In this document: positions 35,453-43,712 of the stretch, piece after piece
How the letters are laid out: every line of letters starts with the position of its first letter
How positions within the stretch are numbered: the first letter of the stretch is position 1
Virus record (IMG/VR): IMGVR_UViG_3300037424_000696
Span: 1 to 43,973 of that record
Strand: one strand, 5' to 3'
DNA length: 43,973 nt
DNA from: a virus
Lineage: Duplodnaviria; Caudoviricetes
Position numbers and translations under genes: made by a program
The notes under the pieces: generated by a model
What the model saw: only the letters and a program-made list of their open reading frames with translations
Told to the model about the DNA's origin: nothing
The model's database searches: none

Positions 35453-35727
35453 TGACATGGATTTTGATGGGGGCGGTTTCTGCGGCGTCAGTGTTCTACG
35501 CCCTTTGGCAGCGGGCGCAGGCTCGCAGATGGAAAAAGGAGGCAGAATTTAACCTCCAGCAGTACAATCAGCTTTTTGCGGACGGGCATGACCGCGCCGC
35601 TCGTTACGAGGCAGTCATTGGTAACCTCAAGAGCCGCCTCATCCAATTGGAGGAGACGATTTATGCGTCTGATGACCCTGCTGCTATTCGTGACCTTTTC
35701 GGCCAGTTGTTTCCATCGGCCCCCTAA
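35449..35727 (+). CDS. Rz: Inner-membrane spanin (Rz-like)
   Basis: N-terminal TM segment followed by a coiled coil; overlaps a lipoprotein ORF. Confidence 0.65.
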   Translation: MMTWILMGAVSAASVFYALWQRAQARRWKKEAEFNLQQYNQLFADGHDRAARYEAVIGNLKSRLIQLEETIYASDDPAAIRDLFGQLFPSAP

Positions 35728-35914
35728 CCCCAAGCCACCGGAGCCCGAATGTCTGATAGAACCTCCCCCCGTGATGCGCCCGGTCCTGGCCTCTCCGTGT
35801 CCGAACGGGCTGACGGTTTGTCTCGACACACCGAACGCCGCCGCGCTGACGCGCAACGTTCTCCTTCTGCGGCGGTGGGTGGAGGAAGCGTGGGCCCGGT
35901 GCGGGACCAGATAA
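35663..35914 (+). CDS. Rz1: Outer-membrane lipoprotein spanin (Rz1-like)
   Basis: MRLMTLLLFVTFSAS-C lipobox; Pro-rich mature part with Cys; RBS GGAGGAG; begins inside Rz in another frame. Confidence 0.7.
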   Translation: MRLMTLLLFVTFSASCFHRPPNPKPPEPECLIEPPPVMRPVLASPCPNGLTVCLDTPNAAALTRNVLLLRRWVEEAWARCGTR

Positions 35915-36096
35915 TTCGAGCCCACCTTGCAGACAGTGGGGTCGCGACGGCCATCTTCACACTCGTCACCGCGGCTCACGATGTAAATCGCTGGGACCTG
36001 ACGAACGAAGCTCTCGGTGCCTTGTGTGATGCAGCCCTCCGCTACGCCGCCGAGGTCAAGCGGATGCTGGAGGAGCGTGGAATGAGCCATGAGTAA
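35890..36096 (+). CDS. Hypothetical protein
   Basis: GTG start after GGAGG; fills the gap to the portal gene. Confidence 0.45.
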   Translation: MGPVRDQIIRAHLADSGVATAIFTLVTAAHDVNRWDLTNEALGALCDAALRYAAEVKRMLEERGMSHE

Positions 36097-38206
36097 AACT
36101 GCTGACACCGGCCTCCAGAAGAGTCAATTTGAGCACACTCCCGAGGGGTGGGCGAAGCTCTGGGCCCTGGAGCTAAACGCCGCAGACGACGCCGTGCGGG
36201 ATTGGCACACCGGCGCAGAGATTATTCTCCAGGCGTATCTCGACCAGCGCAAGGGGGCGCCGGAAGACCCGAGCGGCGTCAATGCTTCGGACGCCACCCA
36301 CCTCAACTTCTTCTGGGCGAACGTCGCCACTCAGCGAGACATGATGTTTGGCCGGCTGCCCGAAGTGGATGTCACGCGGCGTTACGGGGACTCCGATGAC
36401 GATGAAGGCCGCATCGCGGGACCGCTCATTCTGGAGCGCATTCTCGACACGGACATCGAAACCGGAACGGACGGGTTTCAGGCCGCCCTGCGCAACGCCC
36501 TCCTAGACTTCCTCATTGTGGGCTTCGGCAACGCCTGGGTGCGTTACGACGCGGAATTCAAGGACAAGCCGGCTATCAAGCGGAACGGTAAGGAGGCCGC
36601 GCCCGCGGCCAGGATGAAGGTCCACGAAGATGCTCCGGTCGAGTATTTCTACTGGAAGCACCAGCGCTGGAGCCCGTGCCGGACCTTCGAGGACATGCGC
36701 TGGAGCGCGAAGATGGTCGAAATGACCAGCGAGTCGATGGAGGAGCGTTTCGGAGAGACCGGCAAGGAGGCCGCCACTTTCGACGCAGAGGAGAGGCAGA
36801 AAACGTCCGGCAAGACGGGCAGCGAATATATCGCAGACCCGTGGACCCGTACGGAGGTGTGGGAAATCTGGTCGAAGGAGCACCGCAAGGTGTTTTGGTA
36901 CGTGCGCGGGTTCTACAAGGTGCTCGACGTGAAGGACGATTTTCTCAAGCTCAAGGGGTTCTGGCCACACCCACGCCCCCTGTTCTCCAACCTCACCACG
37001 AGCGCGCTCATGCCACGCCCGGACTATGCCATGGTGCAGGACTTGTACCGCGACATAAACATCCTCGCGACGCGCATCGTCATTTTGGAGCAAGCCCTGC
37101 GGGTCGCGGGTGTGTACGACCGCAATGCGGGTGAACTGCACCGTCTTCTGGAGGATACGCCGGGTCGGAACATTATGATTCCGGTGGACGGGTGGGCGGA
37201 CAAGGTTGAGGGCAAGGCGGGCCTGGAGGCCGTAATTTCCTGGCTCCCGCTCGACCAAGTCGTGTCGGCGCTCGACAAGCTGACTCAGAAGCTACAGGAG
37301 AAGCAGCAACTTCTCTATGAGTTGACGGGGCAGTCGGACCTTTCGCGTGGCTCGGAAAACTCTGCGCCGGGCGGGCCCGAGACCGCCACGTCGGTGCGCG
37401 CCCAGGTGAAATACGGCAGCATCCGCGTCCAGGCGAAGCAAGACGAGTTTGCTCGTTTTACTTCGGAGCTTGCTGCCATCCGCGCCGAAATCATGGTGAA
37501 GAATTTTGATGAGGCAGAGCTTCTCAAGCGGTCGAACGTGCTCTTCACGCCCGACGCACCCGAGGCGCTCGCGGCGGTGCGGATGCTCAAGGCGGAATTC
37601 CCAAACTACCGCGTCGAAATCAAGCCCGAAGCCATCGCAATGACCGACTTCGCCTCCATGAAGGCAGAGCGGGCAGAATTCCTCATGGCGCTGGCGAGTG
37701 TGCTGCGCGACGCGGCTCCTGTGATACAGGTCTTCCCGCCTCTCGCGCCGGCCCTGCTCGAAACCCTCAAGTGGACCCTGGCCGGCTTCCGTGGCTCGGC
37801 TAGTATCGAAGGGGTGTGGGACAAGGCTCTTAAGCAGGCCAAGGACGCCCTCGCGCAGGGTGGCGGGCAGCAGGGCCCTGACCCTGAGGCAATGAAGGAG
37901 TTTGCCAAGGGGCAGGCCGACATGGCGAAGACGCAAGCGAAGCTCCAGGCCGACCTGATGAAGATTCAGGCGCAGGTCCAGGGGGAGCAGCAGAAGCAGC
38001 AAATCCAGGCCGAGCAGAACATCCGTGAGGCGGAAATGAACGCGCAAATCAAGCAGCGGGAGCGGGCAGGAGAACTTGCTCACGTGCAGGCTAAAAACTC
38101 AGAGTCATTGCAGTTCACCGAGGCTCGCGGGCGGGTGCAGGAGCAGTTCGCCCGGCGCAAGGCTGCGATGCAGCCCAAGCGGCCTTCCAAGGGGAAGAAG
38201 GTCTAA
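36089..38206 (+). CDS. Portal protein
   Basis: 705 aa; LNFFWANV, VWEIWSK, FWPHPRPL, PRPDY..QD, YELTGQSDLSRG, ETAT; Q-rich coiled-coil barrel at the C-terminus. Confidence 0.9.
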   Translation: MSKTADTGLQKSQFEHTPEGWAKLWALELNAADDAVRDWHTGAEIILQAYLDQRKGAPEDPSGVNASDATHLNFFWANVATQRDMMFGRLPEVDVTRRYGDSDDDEGRIAGPLILERILDTDIETGTDGFQAALRNALLDFLIVGFGNAWVRYDAEFKDKPAIKRNGKEAAPAARMKVHEDAPVEYFYWKHQRWSPCRTFEDMRWSAKMVEMTSESMEERFGETGKEAATFDAEERQKTSGKTGSEYIADPWTRTEVWEIWSKEHRKVFWYVRGFYKVLDVKDDFLKLKGFWPHPRPLFSNLTTSALMPRPDYAMVQDLYRDINILATRIVILEQALRVAGVYDRNAGELHRLLEDTPGRNIMIPVDGWADKVEGKAGLEAVISWLPLDQVVSALDKLTQKLQEKQQLLYELTGQSDLSRGSENSAPGGPETATSVRAQVKYGSIRVQAKQDEFARFTSELAAIRAEIMVKNFDEAELLKRSNVLFTPDAPEALAAVRMLKAEFPNYRVEIKPEAIAMTDFASMKAERAEFLMALASVLRDAAPVIQVFPPLAPALLETLKWTLAGFRGSASIEGVWDKALKQAKDALAQGGGQQGPDPEAMKEFAKGQADMAKTQAKLQADLMKIQAQVQGEQQKQQIQAEQNIREAEMNAQIKQRERAGELAHVQAKNSESLQFTEARGRVQEQFARRKAAMQPKRPSKGKKV

Positions 38207-38593
38207 ATGGCACGGTACGTATGGCGCCCTGGAGTCGGGCTCGTAGAATTTCACAAGGCCCCCCCGGAGGCCCGGGTCCACCTCCAGACTGACGCCGGCT
38301 TTGACAACATGCGGGCGGGAGACGGGACGGACCTCACCTCGCGCAGCAAGTGGAAGCGCTACATGCGCGAGAATAACCTGACGCTTTCGGCGGATTGGAA
38401 GGAGACGTGGGCCAAAAATCAAGCGAAGCGCGAGAAGCTCGTCACTGGACAAGCCGACGACCCCAGGCGGCGCGAGACCGTCCGCCGCGTGGTCTACGAA
38501 ATGAATTCGCGCGACGTGAAGGCACACGGCGAACGCGCCCGCGAGAGACACGCGCAGTTTGGAAAGGAGGGCCTCGTATTCCGAGGTGACTAA
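38207..38593 (+). CDS. Conserved phage protein following the portal
   Basis: DGTDLTSRSKWKRYMRENNL motif. Confidence 0.7.
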   Translation: MARYVWRPGVGLVEFHKAPPEARVHLQTDAGFDNMRAGDGTDLTSRSKWKRYMRENNLTLSADWKETWAKNQAKREKLVTGQADDPRRRETVRRVVYEMNSRDVKAHGERARERHAQFGKEGLVFRGD

Positions 38594-38597
38594 CATC

Positions 38598-39050
38598 ATG
38601 TCGACCTACGTTCCTGGCTATGGCACCTTTGACCCCGACCTCCCGGAGTGGCTGGCGCTCCATACGGACGGAAAACTCTACAACGTGAACGACCCTCGCA
38701 ACAGGCTGGATTTCGTGGCGTCGTGGATTCCGCCGGAAGGTTGGCGTGGTGGGGAGGACGTGCGCTTCGTGCCGGAAGGCGAAGTGACGACCCCTCCCCT
38801 ACCACCCACGCCGACGCCAGTGCCCGCGACGACGCTCGTCACGGTCGCAGTGAACCCGGCGCTTCTGACGCGCTTGCTGGCGGCGATGCGGATGGTCGTC
38901 GCGCATGACAATGAACTGCTTGCCCTCGCCCAGCAGCGAGTGGCAGACGACGAGTCGCGGATGCAGGAGAGTCTGCGACTATCCGTGGAGGCCGGCAAGG
39001 CGTATGACGCAGTGTTGGCGGACCTCCTCTCGAAGGTAAACTCGCAGTAA
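38598..39050 (+). CDS. Hypothetical protein (globular N-terminus, PT linker, helical C-terminus)
   Basis: 150 aa; RBS GAGG. Confidence 0.6.
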   Translation: MSTYVPGYGTFDPDLPEWLALHTDGKLYNVNDPRNRLDFVASWIPPEGWRGGEDVRFVPEGEVTTPPLPPTPTPVPATTLVTVAVNPALLTRLLAAMRMVVAHDNELLALAQQRVADDESRMQESLRLSVEAGKAYDAVLADLLSKVNSQ

Positions 39051-39064
39051 ACGGAGAGACACGC

Positions 39065-39442
39065 ATGTTCTTGCTCAAGTTCTTTGGTTCCAAGAAGCTC
39101 ATCGCGGTAATTGCCGGTATCCTCGGGGCGGTGCTGTCGCCGCTCCTCAACTCCAAGCTCGGGCTGGGTATGGAGCCGGTCGAGGTGGCGGGCAGCATCG
39201 GCGCCATCGCGACGATGGTCCTGGCGTACGTGGTGGCGCAGTTCAAGCTCGACGTGGCGACGGACGGCGCGACGACCGCGTCGAGCGTCATCAAGTACGT
39301 GGCGGATGCGCAGGCTCCGGGGCCGGTGCCGCCGAACGTGAAGCTCGTTCTTACCCTTCTGGCGCAGTTTGTGCCGGCGGGGCCTGGGAAGGATGCGGTG
39401 GCCGCCGCTCTGGCGGACCTCGATAAGCCGCCGCAGGCGTAA
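39065..39442 (+). CDS. Putative holin
   Basis: SKKLIAVIAGILG TM1 and a second TM segment; RBS GGAG; near the endolysin. Confidence 0.6.
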   Translation: MFLLKFFGSKKLIAVIAGILGAVLSPLLNSKLGLGMEPVEVAGSIGAIATMVLAYVVAQFKLDVATDGATTASSVIKYVADAQAPGPVPPNVKLVLTLLAQFVPAGPGKDAVAAALADLDKPPQA

Positions 39443-39444
39443 TC

Positions 39445-39930
39445 ATGTGGGCCAGGGTCAAGAAATGGCTCCTGGGGCTCAGTGTCGGTGCAGCCGTCAT
39501 CGCTGGCTGCACCGGCCTGAACGCCGTGCTTCCGCCTCCACCGGCTGTAACGAACGGCTACACGGAGGTGTACGGGACTCGGGTGTATTACCAGCCTGAC
39601 GTTCTTCTACCACTGTCTCCCGCGGACCTTAAGCGGGCCTTTGAAGCAGCAGCGAAATATTGGGACACCGAGCCAAGTTCCATGCAGGGCTGGGTGGTCG
39701 TGCAGCGTGGCAATGACCCCTGGTCTGTAGAAGATATGTGGGTTTGGGGCGTCTCTTTCATGGACATCAAGCGCCTCGATTTTGCCACTATGCGCCCGGA
39801 CTGTCCGCAAATGGTGTTCCTCCACGAGTGGGGGCACGCCGGAGCGAGCATCTTGGGACACGACGACGAGCGGTTTGACGACAACCGCATTCACGCGTTC
39901 CTGGTGACAGAAGGAATCTGTCGGAGCTAA
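39445..39930 (+). CDS. Lipoprotein zinc metallopeptidase (HExxH)
   Basis: Signal peptide ending VIAG-C; VFLHEWGHAGASILGHDD zincin motif. Confidence 0.65.
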   Translation: MWARVKKWLLGLSVGAAVIAGCTGLNAVLPPPPAVTNGYTEVYGTRVYYQPDVLLPLSPADLKRAFEAAAKYWDTEPSSMQGWVVVQRGNDPWSVEDMWVWGVSFMDIKRLDFATMRPDCPQMVFLHEWGHAGASILGHDDERFDDNRIHAFLVTEGICRS

Positions 39931-39932
39931 AA

Positions 39933-40154
39933 ATGGCTGACGTTTTGCAGTTTGCCACTTTGGGAACCACAATCGTAGTGGCGTTTTTGGCGATGCTGAG
40001 CAAGCGGCAAATGAAGGTGATTCATACGCTCGTGAATGCTCGGCTCGACCAAGCCTTGCAACGCATTCAAGACTTGGAGCGAACCATCAAGGACAGCGCC
40101 AAAGACCGAGGGTCGACCGCTGAATCACTACAATCAAAAAAGTCCGTGGACTGA
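39933..40154 (+). CDS. Small membrane protein (holin/antiholin-like)
   Basis: N-terminal TM segment, IHTLVNARL, coiled coil. Confidence 0.55.
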   Translation: MADVLQFATLGTTIVVAFLAMLSKRQMKVIHTLVNARLDQALQRIQDLERTIKDSAKDRGSTAESLQSKKSVD

Positions 40155-40155
40155 T

Positions 40156-40374
40156 ATGTCCGACAGACTGATGAATTTGCTGTTTGGAGTCCTCCTTGCG
40201 GCAATCATGGGCCTTGCTAGCTGGGCGTATGCTCAAGGCGTAAGCGTCGCCAAGCTAGACCGCGGCTATGACCTAATCTTGGCAACGCTGTACGAAATGC
40301 AAACCGATATCCGGGAAATTCGCGCCTTGCTACTCGAACGGCCCAGGAGAGCTACCGATGCGCCTCGGGACTGA
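40156..40374 (+). CDS. Small membrane protein (TM + coiled coil; holin-like)
   Basis: LLFGVLLAAIMGLASWAY TM segment; directly precedes the endolysin. Confidence 0.55.
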   Translation: MSDRLMNLLFGVLLAAIMGLASWAYAQGVSVAKLDRGYDLILATLYEMQTDIREIRALLLERPRRATDAPRD

Positions 40375-40786
40375 CGAAATTCTAACGTTGGCGGGCCATG
40401 TGGTGCTCGGCGCACTCGTGGTGTGGCGCGAGGTGCGAAACGAGTCCTACGCCTGCATGCTGGCTGTGGCCTATACCCTAGTGACGCGCACCGACCAAGG
40501 CCGCTGGGGCAAAGGAATCCTGGGAGTCATCGGCGCTCCGAAGCAATACACCTCCATGACGCACCCCAAGGACCCGCAGTTAACCCGGTTCCCGGCGGAC
40601 GACGATAAGCGCTGGGCGGAATGTCTGCGCGCATCGTCCGCCGCCATGCTCGGTCTGGAGCCCAACCCGATGCCTGAGGCCGACTGCTACCACGACACAA
40701 GCATCACCACCCCCAACACGCCGGAGTGGCAGAACAAGCGCCGGCTTGGTCAAATCGACCGCATCATTTTCTTCGTCACACCGTAA
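40358..40786 (+). CDS. Endolysin, SleB/Hydrolase_2-type cell wall hydrolase
   Basis: LVVWREVRNES...LAVAY....R, GVIGAPKQYTSM, ADCYHD, IDRIIFF. Confidence 0.8.
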   Translation: MRLGTDEILTLAGHVVLGALVVWREVRNESYACMLAVAYTLVTRTDQGRWGKGILGVIGAPKQYTSMTHPKDPQLTRFPADDDKRWAECLRASSAAMLGLEPNPMPEADCYHDTSITTPNTPEWQNKRRLGQIDRIIFFVTP

Positions 40787-40801
40787 GTGAGGAGACACTT
40801 T

Positions 40802-42022
40802 ATGGCTAACACCAACGAAAACGACACTGCCCCGGAGCCCACCAGCCGCGACGCCGTCGCCGCTGCTTTCGACGCCTATGAGCAGGCCGGACCCGATTCT
40901 GGGCTGATTACCCTCGAAGAAAAGGACGTTCCGGCCGGCGCCGCGGAAGAGAAGGAGCCCGGCGAGGCAGACCGCGCGGCCCTCGGAGGCGAATCCGACC
41001 GGGCCACCGAGGTCCCTGAGGGAGAAGAGGCTCGCGCCCGCGACGAGAAGACCGGGCGTTACACGAAGACGGAGAAAGGCGTTGCTGCAAAGCCGCCTAT
41101 CCTCCACGCAAAGGGCGGCCAAGCGGCAGAGCCGCAGGCCACGCCCCAGGCGCAACCCGACGCCGTCCCTCCTCCGGGGCCGGGTGCGCCTGCTCCTCGT
41201 ACACTGCGGGCCCCGCAGTCGTGGCGTCCCGTGGCCCGCGAGGGCTTCGAGAAGCTCCCGGCGGCTACGCGCGAGGAAATCTGGCGCCTCGAAGGAGAGC
41301 GCGAGCGCGTGGTCCGCGAGACTGCACCGCTCCGGCGCTTCTCCGAGGCGTGGCAGCAGACCATCGCGCCCTACGAGCAAGCCATCCGTGCCTCGGGCGT
41401 GGAGCCGCTCCAGGCCGTGAGCAATGTCATGCGGACGGTTCACGCGCTAGGGACGCAGCCGGCCCCGTCGCGCGCGCGCATCATCCACGCGCTCATGCAA
41501 ATGTACGGGGTCTCGACGGACGCTCTGGCGGACGTGATTGACTCTGCGGGCGGGGTGCCCGCTGCGAGCGCGGCTCCTCAGCAGCCCCAGGCGACCTACG
41601 ACCCGCGCTTCGATGCCTATCTCGCGCAGCAGCAGCAGCGCGAGTATGCCCACGAAGTCCAGGCGAACGCTGCGGCTGACGCGGAACTCGAGGAATTCGC
41701 CAATGACCACGAGTTCATAGACGATGTTCTGTCCGAAATGGCGGACTTTATGAACGTGGCTGCGGCGCGCGGGGTGGACATGGACTACGATATGGCCTAT
41801 ACTAGAGCCATAACTCTCCGTCCTGACCTACTGGAGATTCTCCAGCAGCGGGAGGCGGCGGCAGCGAGTCCTGCGGGACCCACGCAGCGCGCCCTTCAAG
41901 CATCCTCCAGTGTTCGTGGCAGTCCAAGCCGGCGGCCAGCGCCCGGCAAGAAGTTTGAGGACTCTCGCGAGGCGGCGGCGGCGGCATACGACGCCCACGC
42001 AGGAGAAGGCGGCAGAGTGTAA
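40802..42022 (+). CDS. Capsid scaffolding protein
   Basis: Acidic N-terminus, RARDEKTGRY, APQSWRP.ARE.F..LP; located before the capsid gene; RBS GAGGAG. Confidence 0.8.
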   Translation: MANTNENDTAPEPTSRDAVAAAFDAYEQAGPDSGLITLEEKDVPAGAAEEKEPGEADRAALGGESDRATEVPEGEEARARDEKTGRYTKTEKGVAAKPPILHAKGGQAAEPQATPQAQPDAVPPPGPGAPAPRTLRAPQSWRPVAREGFEKLPAATREEIWRLEGERERVVRETAPLRRFSEAWQQTIAPYEQAIRASGVEPLQAVSNVMRTVHALGTQPAPSRARIIHALMQMYGVSTDALADVIDSAGGVPAASAAPQQPQATYDPRFDAYLAQQQQREYAHEVQANAAADAELEEFANDHEFIDDVLSEMADFMNVAAARGVDMDYDMAYTRAITLRPDLLEILQQREAAAASPAGPTQRALQASSSVRGSPSRRPAPGKKFEDSREAAAAAYDAHAGEGGRV

Positions 42023-42146
42023 AGAGCCGGAGGGCCGGCCCACTTTACGGGTGACAGCAGGAGCCCCGGTGGCGGGGCGCAGCGAACGACACGAGGTCGT
42101 CCACGCGCAGTGAGCCACGCGCTAGGTCCCGTTAAGGACAACGTAA
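42023..42146 (+). promoter_or_regulatory. Structured leader of the major capsid gene
   Basis: Hairpins at 42026-39, 42063-78, 42086-100 and 42126-39; the last covers the AAGGA SD. Confidence 0.45.
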
Positions 42147-43121
42147 ATGCCATTTCCTAACCCCAACATCAGCGACATCATCGCGACGACTATCGAGTTC
42201 AGGTCCGGCGACATCGCGGAAAACGTGCTCGATAACAACGCGGGTCTCGCCTATTTCAAGGCGAACAAGCGAGTCAAGATGATTTCCGGTGGCTCTTCCA
42301 TCATGGAGGAGTTGAACTTCGCGGAAAACGCGAACGGCATCTGGTACTCCGGTGCGGACCTCCTGCCCGTGTCGGCGCAGGACGTTCTCTCCGGCGCGAG
42401 CTTCACGGTTTCGCAGCTTGCAGTTCCGGTCGTCGTGAACGGCCTGGAGCAACTCCAGAACGCGGGCCGCGAGCGCATCATCGACCTCGTGGATGCTCGA
42501 CTCAACGTGGCTGAGACCACGATGATTAACCTCATCAGCCGCGCCGTCTACTCGGACGGGACCGCCTTCGGCGGGAAGCAGATGCCGGGTCTGAACGTGC
42601 TCGTTCCGACGAGCCCGACTACCGGCACGGTCGGTGGCATCAACCGGGCGACGTACCCCTTCTGGCAGCCGCAGCTTGTGGCTCCTGGGGCGGGCGTCAT
42701 CACTGCCAGCAACATCAACACCTACATGAATGATATGTGGGCGAAGACGCAGGCCGGGAAGCGGCATCCCAAGCTGATTCTCGCGGACAACGCCATGTGG
42801 AAGCTGTACGAGGCGTATCTCCAGGAAAAGACGCGCTTCACTGGCGCGGAGACCGGAGCCCTCGGGTTCCCCACGCTCAGGTTCATGAGCGCGGACGTGG
42901 TTCTCGATGGTGGTATCGGCGGCAACTGCCCGACGAACACCATGCTCTTCCTGAACCTCGAATATCTCCACTACCGGCCGCACCGCAACCGGAACATGGT
43001 CCCGCTGAACCCGGGCCGGCGCTACGCCTTCAATCAGGACGTGGAGGCGCAGATTCTTGTGTTCGCCGGTGCCATGACCCTCAGCGGCTCGAAGTTCCAC
43101 GGCCGGATGCACAACAACTAA
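42147..43121 (+). CDS. Major capsid protein
   Basis: 324 aa; SDIIATTIE.RSG.IA.NV..NNA, ISGG..I.E.L, GTVGGINRAT..FW, NQD.....L..AG.MT motifs; follows the scaffold gene. Confidence 0.9.
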   Translation: MPFPNPNISDIIATTIEFRSGDIAENVLDNNAGLAYFKANKRVKMISGGSSIMEELNFAENANGIWYSGADLLPVSAQDVLSGASFTVSQLAVPVVVNGLEQLQNAGRERIIDLVDARLNVAETTMINLISRAVYSDGTAFGGKQMPGLNVLVPTSPTTGTVGGINRATYPFWQPQLVAPGAGVITASNINTYMNDMWAKTQAGKRHPKLILADNAMWKLYEAYLQEKTRFTGAETGALGFPTLRFMSADVVLDGGIGGNCPTNTMLFLNLEYLHYRPHRNRNMVPLNPGRRYAFNQDVEAQILVFAGAMTLSGSKFHGRMHNN

Positions 43122-43136
43122 AGGAGGACAAGCAAA

Positions 43137-43610
43137 ATGGCATACGCTCCTAGCTTTGACCTCCCCGGTGGTCAGCCGATTACCGAGACCTCGACGGTGC
43201 AGAAGCATCCGTTGGGGACGCGCATTCGGGCTATCGACCCGGTGTACGGGGAGTCCGAATTCGTCTACCTCAAGGGCGTCGCTTCGACGGTCGCGGGTAG
43301 CGTCGTCACCTTCGACCAGCGCAATGCGGCGACGGTCCTCACCACCCTGTCCACTCTCGGGCTCATTGCCGTTGCGATGAGCGCGAACGTGGCAAATCAG
43401 TTCGGGTGGTACTGCGTGGCCGGTGCGTGCTCTGCGAAGGCGGCGGCGACGGTGGTCAGCGGCGCTCAGGCGCAGCTTACCGCCAATGCGGGCGAGGTTG
43501 ACGACCTCGCTGTCGCGGAAAAGTTCATTCGCGGAATGAACTTCGCCAGCACGTCGTCCGGCGGGTTCGCGGACGTGGTGCTCAACCACCCTTCGTCCAG
43601 CGCAGGGTAA
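43137..43610 (+). CDS. Capsid decoration / cement protein
   Basis: 157 aa; HPLGTR...D...G..EFVYLKG, AVAMSANVANQFGWY; RBS AAGGAGG. Confidence 0.7.
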   Translation: MAYAPSFDLPGGQPITETSTVQKHPLGTRIRAIDPVYGESEFVYLKGVASTVAGSVVTFDQRNAATVLTTLSTLGLIAVAMSANVANQFGWYCVAGACSAKAAATVVSGAQAQLTANAGEVDDLAVAEKFIRGMNFASTSSGGFADVVLNHPSSSAG

Positions 43611-43629
43611 TTCGCGGTATTACCGGATG

Positions 43630-43698
43630 GCCGCGTCACCTATTACGGAGGGGCAGGGTCGCACCCCAGCCGCCGGAACGGTGGCGCGGCTTTTCTTT
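43630..43698 (+). terminator. Long-hairpin rho-independent terminator
   Basis: GCCGCGTCACC (43630-40) pairs with GGTGGCGCGGC (43680-90), with further inner pairing, followed by TTTTCTTT. Confidence 0.6.
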
Positions 43699-43712
43699 AC
43701 GAGGAGTCACTG

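Noticed and set aside
43640-43680. tRNA-like T-arm (GGGTCGCACCC)
   Set aside because: No cloverleaf, D-arm or acceptor stem could be built; it is better explained as the apex of the terminator hairpin.
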